Origin: Cycas panzhihuaensis
Taxonomy: Eukaryota > Plantae > Cycadophyta
Direction: 5' to 3'
NCBI GenBank assembly: GCA_023213395.1
Contig: CM041465.1
Location: 171,623,741 to 171,687,740, forward strand
Length of the DNA stretch: 64,000 bases
Below the pieces are notes generated by a model. That model worked only from the letters and a program-made list of their open reading frames with translations, did not search any database and was not told the origin of the DNA. Of the stretch, positions 13,378 through 26,500 are shown piece by piece (within the stretch, counting starts at the first letter, position 1; each line of letters opens with the position of its first letter). The position numbers were made by a program, and so were the translations under genes.

Positions 13378-16300
13378 ATGCATCTCTTATTGTTATTTGT
13401 TCTATCCTCCCTTAGATTCCTTCTATCATGCTCAACTCTTGCCCAAGCATCTCATTTTAATCCTCATCCCCACCTCAACAATGCTACTGATTGGCAGTCT
13501 CTTTTGGCATTCAAGGCTTCGATCATGTCTGATCCTAACGATGTATTAGGCAATTGGGATTCTAATGTAACCTTCTGCAGTTGGAGAGGCATTTGGTGTA
13601 GTTCAAGAAGAGAAAGAGTGGTGGTCATAAATCTCCAAAGCAAGGGCTTAAGAGGGACCATCACCCCCTTTTTAAAAAATCTATCGTTTTTGCATTCTCT
13701 ACGACTTGGTAATAATAGTTTTTATGGTCCCATTCCACACGAATTAGGAAGCCTCCGCCGGTTAAGAACCCTTTCGCTGCCGCTAAACGAGTTAGAGGGT
13801 CCCATTCCGACGGCACTCGCTAATTGTAGCAAATTGGAGATCTTAGCTCTCTCGTTCAACCAGTTGAGCGGAATCATTCCGCCTGACTTAGCTCTTCTGA
13901 CAGGTTTACGGATACTTTACCTTGATCAAAGCAACCTCAAGGGAACCATTCCTCCATCGTTGGGAAACCTCTCCGCCCTGGTGGAATTGGACTTGGGGGT
14001 GAACAATCTCCAGGGTGTCATTCCCCCTCGGTTGGGTCTCCTCATCAATCTACAGTCCCTTATGATTAGCGAGAATTATCTGAGGGGACACATTCCACCG
14101 TCCCTCTCCAACTGCACTGCCCTCTTCGAATTGGGTTTGTACGACAACCATTTGACGGGAACGATTCCCGTGGAGTTGGGCGCCAGGCTCCTCAATCTGC
14201 AAGTACTGTCTCTGTGGAAGAACCAGCTGAGTGGTAGCATTCCGGAGTCTGTGGGCAACTGTACGCAACTCACAAAACTTGCCCTGAACGAGAATCAACT
14301 GACAGGTGCAGTGCCGGTGGCCTTGGGTAAGTTGCATATTCTTGAACGCCTTTATTTGCATGATAATCGACTTGTCAGCGGTGACGGATTGCCCGTTCTC
14401 ACGGCACTCGCCAATTGCTCCGTCCTCCAAGAAATACATTTGAATTCCAATAATCTCACCGGCGTGTTGCCCCCTTCCATAGGCCGACTGTCTACCAATC
14501 TCTCCGTTTTGCGCCTGCAAATCAATCGCATTGGAGGAAACATTCCTCCGCAGATTGGGAACCTCAAAGGCCTGTACCACCTGGATTTAAGTAGCAATCT
14601 CTTTAACGGCGCCCTCCCACCAGCACTCAAAGGACTGGTAAACTTGCAAAGATTGCATCTGGACAACAACAGACTGCAAGGAAGCATTCCAAGAGAGATC
14701 GGTTATCTGAGTAACCTTGGAGAGTTGTACTTGGGCAATAATAGGATCTCCGGACAAATTCCTTCCTCTGTTGGTTATCTTCAACAACTGAGATACCTTG
14801 ATCTCCATCAAAACCAATTGACAGGAAGGATACCGGAGACTCTCGGAAATTGTTGGCGTATGGAATTGCTAGATCTGTCCTACAACAGATTCAGTGAAGA
14901 CATACCGCCAAATGTTGCCGGCCTTCCAAATTTACTTAAATATTTCAATTTGTCTAGCAACTCTATGCGAGGCTCGTTGCCTTTGGAGATCGGTCAGATG
15001 GCAAAGGTGTTAGCTATAGATATTTCTATGAATCGCTTAGACGGTGCCATTCCGGGCACCCTTGGAGGTTGCTCGGCTCTACAGTACCTCAATCTTTCTC
15101 ACAATGCATTAGAAGGGGGTATGTCTCCAGATTCGTTTCGCCAACTAAGAAGTCTCCAGGACATGGATCTCTCTTTCAATGGCTTGTCCGGAAGAATACC
15201 AGAGTCCTTGGAAACGCTCAATATGCTTGCTCACTTGAACCTCTCTTTCAACAACTTGAGCGGAGAAATCCCAAGAGCAGGGGTGTTTACCAATTTTACC
15301 AGTGCATCGTTTATAGGAAATCCTGGCCTTTGTGGATCGTGGATACATTTGCCTGCATGTCTCGCTTCTGCTTCCGGGAAACATACAGATTCTGCACACG
15401 CAGTTCTCAAAAGAACAATAGCGTCGGTAGCTGCCGTTGGCGGTCTTATACTGTTCATCTTACTCGTGGGCTTCTTTCGGAGTCGCAATTGGTATCTCAA
15501 GCATTTGGATCTCTCCAAAGGTTTTACGCCAAAACGAGGGCCCCCAAGGATTTCATATCAGGAGCTTCTTACTGCAACTAATGGTTTCGACGAGGCCAAC
15601 TTGCTAGGAGTTGGTAGCTTTGGGTCTGTCTATAAAGCCATTCTCCGTGACGGAACCACGGCTGCCATAAAGGCGTTTCTTTTCCAGAACGAAGAGTCTG
15701 ACAAAAGTTTTAGGAGAGAATACAGAGTATTGAGAAGAATTCGGCACCGGAATCTGGTTCGAATCATAACCTCCTTCTCCGACGAACACCTCAAATGTCT
15801 GGTTTTTCAGTTCATGCCTAATGGAAGTTTGGAAAAGTGCTTGCACGCTGCTGCAGATGACAATACCGTGGATACAGAAGCGTGTGGGTTAAGTTTGAGT
15901 GATCGATTGAATGTGGCAATAGACGTAGCCCGTGGCATGACATATTTGCATCACGATTGTTTTGAGCAGGTGGTTCACTGTGATTTAAAGCCTAGCAATG
16001 TGCTCCTTGACGAAAGCATGACAGCCCGCGTGACGGACTTTGGCATTGCAAAATTAATTTATCCAAACTCCACCGATTCACTCACTTCAACACAGGCTCT
16101 CAGAGGTTCTATCGGCTACATCGCCCCAGGTGGCCCTCTTATTTGTATTATCTGTGAATTTGTGTTGGAATTGGAAAAACCAAAATCTGATTGTGTGAAT
16201 TGGAATGCAGAGTATGGATTGAATGGAAGGGTTTCAACCAAGGGAGATGTGTACAGCTATGGCATTTTGTTGTTGGAAATGCTTACAAGAAACAGGCCAA

Positions 16301-16662
16301 ACGACGCCATGTTTGCTGAAGGGGATTTGAACCTGCACAAGTGGGTCGCCTTGGCTTATCCTGATAGAATACCCGACGTGGTTGATCGCAGCTTGCTGGA
16401 GGGTTTCAATACTGAGCGGCAGGAGATCGTCCGCTGTTGTCTTCTTCGACTCGTGCATGTGGGATTACTGTCCTCCAAAGAATCACCAGAAGACCGACCG
16501 AGCATGAGAGCGGTGGTGGGGGCATTGGAGAGTATTAAGCAGAGCTTTGAAGGAACCACACTGTCTGCCAGATTTGCATCGGATATATGGCATTTAGTGG
16601 CCAATACAAGTGCTGCTGGGGGAGACTTGGAATCCCGAAGCTCTACTACATCTACTCTCTAG
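13378..16662 (+). CDS. LRR receptor-like Ser/Thr kinase, LRR-XII type (FLS2/EFR/XA21-like), non-RD; join(13378..16129,16211..16662), ~1067 aa
   Basis: Signal peptide from ATG 13378 (the ORF track starts at an upstream TTG). N-cap CSWRGIWC, >20 plant LRRs (LxxLxLxxNxLxGxIP), C-cap GNPGLCG, TM helix. Kinase motifs GVGSFGSVY, AAIK, HRNLV, HCDLKPSN (non-RD), DFG, GYIAPEYG after splicing, GDVYSYG. Confidence 0.95.
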   Translation: MHLLLLFVLSSLRFLLSCSTLAQASHFNPHPHLNNATDWQSLLAFKASIMSDPNDVLGNWDSNVTFCSWRGIWCSSRRERVVVINLQSKGLRGTITPFLKNLSFLHSLRLGNNSFYGPIPHELGSLRRLRTLSLPLNELEGPIPTALANCSKLEILALSFNQLSGIIPPDLALLTGLRILYLDQSNLKGTIPPSLGNLSALVELDLGVNNLQGVIPPRLGLLINLQSLMISENYLRGHIPPSLSNCTALFELGLYDNHLTGTIPVELGARLLNLQVLSLWKNQLSGSIPESVGNCTQLTKLALNENQLTGAVPVALGKLHILERLYLHDNRLVSGDGLPVLTALANCSVLQEIHLNSNNLTGVLPPSIGRLSTNLSVLRLQINRIGGNIPPQIGNLKGLYHLDLSSNLFNGALPPALKGLVNLQRLHLDNNRLQGSIPREIGYLSNLGELYLGNNRISGQIPSSVGYLQQLRYLDLHQNQLTGRIPETLGNCWRMELLDLSYNRFSEDIPPNVAGLPNLLKYFNLSSNSMRGSLPLEIGQMAKVLAIDISMNRLDGAIPGTLGGCSALQYLNLSHNALEGGMSPDSFRQLRSLQDMDLSFNGLSGRIPESLETLNMLAHLNLSFNNLSGEIPRAGVFTNFTSASFIGNPGLCGSWIHLPACLASASGKHTDSAHAVLKRTIASVAAVGGLILFILLVGFFRSRNWYLKHLDLSKGFTPKRGPPRISYQELLTATNGFDEANLLGVGSFGSVYKAILRDGTTAAIKAFLFQNEESDKSFRREYRVLRRIRHRNLVRIITSFSDEHLKCLVFQFMPNGSLEKCLHAAADDNTVDTEACGLSLSDRLNVAIDVARGMTYLHHDCFEQVVHCDLKPSNVLLDESMTARVTDFGIAKLIYPNSTDSLTSTQALRGSIGYIAPGGPLICIICEFVLELEKPKSDCVNWNAEYGLNGRVSTKGDVYSYGILLLEMLTRNRPNDAMFAEGDLNLHKWVALAYPDRIPDVVDRSLLEGFNTERQEIVRCCLLRLVHVGLLSSKESPEDRPSMRAVVGALESIKQSFEGTTLSARFASDIWHLVANTSAAGGDLESRSSTTSTL
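16130..16210 (+). other. Spliceosomal intron (81 nt, phase 1) at the conserved GYIAP-E position
   Basis: CCAG/GTGGCC...TCTGAT...TGCAG/AGTAT. Removal restores APEYG. U-rich interior. Confidence 0.9.
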
Positions 16663-17658
16663 GTAGTGAGTGCTTCTAAGATATCACGCCGCAAAGTAGG
16701 TGCTCTTCTTTCTTTAACAAGTTCTATACCATGTTGGAACTCGCAAATAATTACCTGGATGTTATCGTTGAAATGATTTGTTTGATGTTTAAATAATATT
16801 TTGCATCCGATGAATTTTTTTTTATAGTTTATAAATGTATGGATGTTTTTCATATGATGTCGAACTTTCTAAAGATTGTTTATTATGCTAAAAGGGATTA
16901 ATGTCATGAACGATGAAAATCCATGTTAAGTGGAGAAAGACCTTCCCGATGAGTTGGTACTAATTTGTGTGTACATGAATTTGTAAGGGGTGGGAGAAAT
17001 AACATAAAAAAAAGGAATTCTATGACATTGCCATTTTAGATTATCTTTCCATTCATCTTTTATGGTCATTATGCATCTATTTTCAAATAATAAAATATAA
17101 TAAAACACCACTTTTTTGAGAGAAAGGATGAGAGAAGAGGGGAAACAAGTAAGCTAAGAGATAAGGCACTCGAGTATGGGGTGGGACATGGGTACAAAGG
17201 GTTAAGATGACATGATATTAGATGTGACACAAATATAAAGAGGACAAATAATATGTCATTATAATTAACATTAGAAAAATAATAGTGAGTATGCATATAC
17301 ATGTGTACAAACAAATCCATGGTAATGGTTTACAATGACAACAATCACCCACTTGATAACATTTTTGGGGATGAAATAAAACTTCAAACTATCGCTTCTT
17401 TATGAAAATGATAAAGAATATATAAATAAGCACATATGCAATTGTTGTTTAAAGCTGCAATTTTAAAAAAACTAATATAATGTTATTTAGAGATGTTGGG
17501 GATTGATTAACTCAACATCCATATTACCCTTCAAATACACATATAAGTATTATTAAAAACTTGGGATTTGATATCATGTGAGATGGATATCAAACATACA
17601 AAAGAAATATGTAATACAAAATATTATATTTAGATGATTTGATAATTATATTTAATAT

Positions 17659-17698
<40 letters not shown>
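17659..17698. repeat. (GA)n microsatellite inside an LTR
   Basis: Directly visible run; absent from the partner LTR. Confidence 0.95.
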
Positions 17699-17703
<5 letters not shown>

Positions 17704-18249
17704 AGATGTATACCTCATCTAAGACTAGTGAAAAATAATAATAAAGTACATGGAAATTTATGACCTTTAATCATGTGTTAAGAGTATTCACCTATTCAAT
17801 CACTTATGAGAAATATTTTTGTGTACTTAGAGAAATCATGCAAATTCATGTACAACAATTTAGAGTATAGAATAACACATCACCGGGTGATTACAACGAC
17901 CACTCACATAATCCATGTATTAAGCATTATTTTCAACACTTCCATATAATATTTCATTTATTATGGTTTGTTGAACATATTTTTCAACCTCGCTAAACAA
18001 GTGTGCAATTAGTACAATCATGCTTCTATTTGTCTTCAATTCTTATTTTGATCATCTCAGTTTGGGCCCCTTAAGCTCTAGTTATATTTCTAGCCTTCAC
18101 GCTTGACTTGTTGATGTCCATATAATGAAATAAAACCATCTATCAAAGCATGTATATAACTAGCCATTGTAATGACCTATTTTTTAGGAAGTTCTTTACA
18201 TATATGGTTCATCAATATCTATAGAAGTTACATATAAAATATTTATCAA

Positions 18250-18800
18250 CAATCTTTTAATGTGTCCATACTTATCATAGCATATTTTAGGAGCAAGTTG
18301 GACTATCTAACTAAACAAATATGAAGTTAAATTGCTTGATGTATATGAATAACCCAAATAACCCAACTAAGCAATATTCAGGCATCCTTCTAGTTGATTG
18401 ATAAAGCATAAATATGCCCAGGTTTTTTGCTAACTTGTTGTAACTCTACAGCTACTTATCCCTTCTATTTAGGGATCATATCATATGCATAGGCTTTCTC
18501 ACTCCAAAGAGTCAATTTTAAAGCACATAACAAGCTATTATAAATCAAGTTGTCCACCTTAAGGTTACAAGCATCTAGCTTTTTAAATTATTATATTTTA
18601 TGAACCATCAACAAAACCATAATTCACCAAATTTATTAGCAAATAGTTTATGTATTACATCATTTGCTACTATGTTATCTATGTCTTAAATTTAAGCTTT
18701 TCTTAGCTAGACTCCTTCACATACCATATATCATAGATTAATCAATGTCCTTTACACGAGTCCTTGTTTAGAAGCATTTTCTTACTTCTTCCAACCTTGT
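18250..18800 (-). pseudogene. Possible decayed PLS-class PPR gene fragment carried by the LTR element
   Basis: Manual minus-strand translation gives LEEVRKCF*TRTRVKDID*SMIYG..LAKKSLNL (~18794-18687), YNSLL..FKIDSLE (~18545-18500) and YDKYGHIK (~18279-18256), resembling PPR repeats. Heavily disrupted. Confidence 0.35.
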
Positions 18801-19949
18801 GACCCAACATTATAAGATACTTTTGGCTAATTACTAGGCTATGGTATAATTGCATATTATAATGGTATTATAGAATTGCACCTTATATTATGTCTTTACC
18901 AAATAAAATAAGCCAATCCAAAGCCCATGAGAAAACTACAATGCATCATAAATCTTCATTATTAACAACCAACCTTTGCCAAATTACTTTTCCTATAGTC
19001 ATTACTTATTTCTAAAGTCTTTAGCTATAACTTTATAACATTATCATAAACACTTTGTGTGTAGTCTCTTATGGACATTTTACCAAATACTTAGTGGACA
19101 TGTGATAACTCGATGTGCTTTTCTTCACAATAACTTATTACTAATAACCAAAATCTAGTTTGAAATAATAATTTCTTTCTTGATATGCAAAACTCTTAGA
19201 GACCATTGAGGTAGTGAGTCTAAAGAGTTGAAATCATTGTATGTTAATTTTAGGTGCCATGTATATATATAAGCAAGAGCCTACTAACTGAGTATTTTCA
19301 TACTGCATTATAGATTTACCTTTAACATTAATAACAAATAAAAATTTGATCCATTCCTTCACATACAAATTTTAAATGCTTAAAATATTTAATATTTAAA
19401 GCTATTATAATGTCCATACTATTAGTGATGCTCATGCAAAGATAATAATTATTAAAACCATTATGAAAATACGTAAAAAAAAGGATGTTAAAAGGCCAAA
19501 AATCAATTTAGCACCTTTTATTGAGTTTAGCTCCTTAAGATCACATGACCATGAGCTAAATGGCAATGGGCTAGGCTCTAAATTATATTTAACATGATTA
19601 AATTGAATTAATATTTAGGAAAAATTAAAATATTTAAAAAATTTTAATCATCTCTATATTTAAAAAGTTTAAACTATTACGTGATTTCTATAACATTTTA
19701 ACATTGTGGCCTATTTCAATGTGAATTTCTCTACCATTTTCTCCTCCACATCCTACCCCATTTCTTCAAGGCTTCATAGTAGTCATTTTATATGTTGTGC
19801 ATAGTTCTTTGTTTCTAATAGCCTAACTTGGGCTCTATCATAGATCAAGTATAAGGCCATCACCTTTTGCTTATGAAATGTTAGAGAAATGTAGGTTTAA
19901 CTTTGACCTCGGAGTTCTATTAGTATGACTGGTATCACATTAGCCTTTA

Positions 19950-21824
<1,875 letters not shown>

Positions 21825-23523
21825 GATTATCCTTGTTCTTCATTTAGAATATTAGGCATATCATCTTATCCTATAAATTCCATGAGGCATTATCATCTCC
21901 TTATCTTCTTACTGCTATAAAATAATAATTAAGCCTAAAATTTCACTTTAGTTGCCAAATTTATGGGTCACTCTAATTCCTAGATAGTTGGCCCTATAAC
22001 TCTAGATTTGGTCTACAATTGCCTAGGATGTTGGCTATAATATTCCAATTATACCATAACTTGGTTTCTCAACTTTTACCTTTTAATGGAGCTTTATTGT
22101 TCTACCTTCAATGATGTCTAATTTTTCATAGGCTTCGATATTAAATATCCAAAGCTTCTCTTTAACTCATAGCTTTCATCACTATTAGAATTTATAATTG
22201 TAACTCTGATACCATATTAAATTTTAGAGTATAGCATAATAGAATATACAATTATTGAATTATCACAAGAATATATACATTTAAGGAATAAACATGAATA
22301 TAAAGTACTAAAATAGAAACATGCCTTAATAAGTATCATGAGTATTCACCTTAAAAGAGACAATAGATTTATACATGGAAAACCTAATATGGCAAAAACC
22401 ATAGGCGAAGGTGGAGTTAGGAACTCCTCTTTATGATCAAAGTGATTACATCTTCAAGTCATAGACCTTTCTCTTAAGTTCTTAAGTGATAAATGTATAT
22501 ATTTATATTAATATTTGCTTTATGAGTAGTCTACAATTTCTCTTAAGTTACGACTCATCTAACAACATATTTACATAGATATGTATGTGTGTCATATATC
22601 TTAATGTATGTGATTAGTAGGATAGTGTATGTGTCTACTATTATAATATTAAACATTATATATATGATAATGTCACATATTCTAACATTCCCTCTTAATG
22701 TTTAATGTCTTTAAATTTTTATCTTCAAGATTTCATATCTTTATGTCTTCAATTTATTAGATCATGTAACTTGTATAACAATTTATATTTCTATCATAAT
22801 ATGTAACTTATAATTAATATATCATCCATCGTCTATAAATCTATTAACCATTATCCTTGTATCTCGCAAGTGTTAACCTATAAAAATTATATTTATACCT
22901 GTAAAACTTGAATGTAGTCATTTGTAATCAGTAGTAACCAATTATAAACATCTAACTTATAAATATCAACCAATCATCATCATCAACTAATATACAAAGT
23001 TTTTTACTCAAGATCTTTATATCTTCACGTATAAAGTTACTATTAAATATCTATTAACCAATCATCATAATAATCTCAACAAATAAATTGATTATTGGGT
23101 GGGACGTTTCTTCTTATAAGTTCTCCTTGAGATAGCAGAAAAATGATAATCGCAACCACTTCGTTCTATAGAACGGAGAAAATAAATTAATAGAGAACTT
23201 CACAAGAACATAAGAGCACTAAATGATCGCCAAAATAGATAGTATCATAGCACAATCTTTATAAAAAGTTACATCAAGATAACCATCATTTACAATTTAT
23301 AACCCTTATATAGACAAAAAAGGGTCTTTTGCATGTAATCCTATTAGTGGCCTAAGCGGCCTTATATTCTATTAGATAGCATAGTGGCCTTGTATACCAT
23401 TGGCCAGCTTATCATCTCATACATGAAGTTCCATAATTAACCTTATCTCTTAACTTACTGATAACTCTTCATATAATAGTGTTTTACATAACAAGATGAG
23501 TTATGTAACAGGTCCCCTCCCCT

Positions 23524-26500
23524 GAGATGCTGAGTCCTCGAGGCATGTGAGATATGGGTGCTTTTTAGTAAAATCATCAGATTCTCAAGCTGCTTTATCA
23601 GAGTTGCAGCCTGTTTACTGTATCAAATATTCTAAAATGGACCAATTCTAGAGACGGCATTATTTGGTAGTTAGTACATATTTTGGAGGTACGAACAAGG
23701 TTTGCTCTTTATCTAGAATTGGAAGGGTTGTCTGGGAAATATATGTTTTGCTTAGACACTTCCAAAGATAGGATATGTGAAAAACATTATAGATGTTGGT
23801 GGTGGGGGGAAGGTCAAGAGCATATGGAACTTCACCAATATATTTAAGGACTTTATAGGGGCCATAATATCGAGGGCTAAGTCTATGGTTCTTATGATGC
23901 CAAAGGGATTGTTGCTTATAAGGTTGGAGATGAAGGAATATAAGATCACCAATATTGAAGGAACGATTAAAGCGATGGTGGTTTACTAATTATTTCATTC
24001 GATTCTGGGCTATTAATAGGTTTTATTTAAGGGAATGGAGAATTTGGTCCATATGTTGTAGTTTTTGTTATACTATTGCCATGCGGAGTTTGGTAGCCAA
24101 GGTATGGTAGGACAGCAAGAGATACCTATAGAGAGCCAAAAATAAGGATATTCCAATGGTTGAATGATGTGAGGAGTTGTACCAATACTCAGTTAGGGCT
24201 AGCCATGATGTTTATTTAGACTAGTGGTTAGATGCAAAGCAACATAAGTAGGTTTCTAGAGTTTTGTTAAGGACCTTAGATTGGCCATCGGTCTGTGGAT
24301 GGTATGCCAAACTCATGTTGAATGATGTTCCTGATGCATAGAATAGCTCCTGCCAAAAGGAGTTAGTGAATTTAGGGTCACAGTCATATATGATAGTGGA
24401 TGGAAAACTGTACAAATGAAATATTGCCTATATATAAATGTTAGTGATATGTGGAGCCTTATAGGTTATGTAGACAAGTAATAAGTGGGTATATTTTGTC
24501 AACTTATTTATGACTACTAAAATAGAGTCAGATCTGACAGATAGTGATAAGCCTGTTATAACGTCCATGGCAATATCTTGCCATTTACCTTGTGGGATAT
24601 GCAACAGTTGAAGGAGGCTTAATTAGGTTTCGTATTAGCTTTTTTACATTGGTATGTGTCATATTCTGAGACCAAGGTAAGGATGGTGGATTTAATTTAT
24701 AGCCAAAAGAAATTAAAATATATCATACGATAAGTTTTATCAAAACTAGAATGACCACCAAGAGGGGAAGAATGATATTCTAATAAAATCCATAAAATAA
24801 AAGATGAGTGGGGGTATACAAATATGTGATTTTGGTATAAGAGAAGATTATTATGGATGGACCAATCTTTATAAGTATGGACCTTATCAACCCAGTGCAT
24901 GAAATCAGGTTGGGTTTGGTTAGCCATAGCTAAGTCTTGTATCTATATTAGTTGTGGGGAAGAAATAATATAAATGATGGGGTCCTCAGTGTGACCTGTG
25001 TTATCGTCAAGTGTAGGGGAAGGTAGCCTCAAGAGATCATTTTTCATAATGTTATCTTTTCCCTTTTTATATGTGATTGTAAAATTGAAAACTTGGAGGC
25101 GGTCGACCCATTTAGCCTACTCTTCTGAGAGGACTAGTTGATTTAGTAAGCAGCGAAAGCTATGATGATTAGTGAGGATGGTAAATTTAGAATCAAGTAG
25201 ATACTATCGCCCTTTGTCAACACCATGGAGGATGACCCACATTATTTTTTATAAGTAGCTAGTCTACACTCATGATCTTTGAGTTTCCAACTTTTAAAGG
25301 TGATAGGGTAGAAGTCTTGCATTAAGACTGCACCTAATCCAAACCCAGAGGCATCGCATTCTAATTGGAAAGGTCGAGTAAAGTTAGGAGACGCCAAAAC
25401 TGGGGTGGTTATTATAACCTCCTTTGTATGGAGGAAGGCCTCATTAGCTGAGGGGGACCATTGTAAGGAATCCTTTCAAAGTAAGTGGGTTAAGAGGGTG
25501 GTTAGTGTGGCATAATTTCAAACAAACTGACAATAGAATCTAGTAAGTCCTAAGAAAGCCCACAATTGGATCAGGGTTTTTGGGCTTGGCCAATTGGTAA
25601 TGACAAAGATTTTATTGGGATCCACATGAACCCGTACAAAGGATATAATATGACCAAGGTATCATAGTTCAGATTTCCCAAACTCATATTTGGAAGGTTT
25701 AGCATACAATTTATTCTTAGCTAGGATTTGAAGGACTATTTCTAGATGTGGGATGTGAGTAGGTGTGTTTGAGCTATAGATAAGAATATCATTGAAGAAG
25801 ACAATAATAAATTTTCACAGGTATGGGGAAAAGATCTTGTTCATGAGGGCCTGAAAGGTGGCATGAGCATTACATAAGCTAAAGGACATGACCTAGAACT
25901 CAAAGTAGCCATGGTGGATTCAGAAAGTCATTTTATGTTGATCCTCTAGCAAGATAGAGATTTGGTAATATCCTAACTGTAAATTGAGTTTAGTAAAAAT
26001 TGTAACACCATAGATCTCATCTAACATGTCATCGATTTATGGTGTGGAGAACTTATTTTTTATGGTGATTTTATTGAGTGCATGATAGTCAACGTAAAGT
26101 TAGAAAGAGCCATCCTTTTTGCGAACTAAAATGATGGGTGCCACATATGGGCTTTTACTAGGTTGGATGATACCCATATCCAATAATTCCTTTGTGATTT
26201 TATTGATTTTATTTTTTTAGAAATATGAGTTCTTATATGGTCGAAGGCTAGTCCGGTCATTTGAATTTTGTAACTCAATAGTATGATAACAACCTCGATC
26301 AAGCAGGGGGTTGGCAGGTAAGAGAGCAAACATAGATTGGTATAGATCTAATACTTACTGGATATGAGGGTGAATACTTGAAGGGTCCTAGATATGGTTG
26401 AGACAAACGATGTATCATATGTTCCTATTTAGTTATCAACACATTCAGGTGGGTGAGATTACTTTGTTTGGGGGGGCTTACATCCCATAAAGTTTATGTG

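Noticed and set aside
13464-16604. Antisense and alternate-frame ORFs overlapping the kinase gene
   Set aside because: Shadow ORFs of a GC-balanced, repetitive LRR coding sequence.
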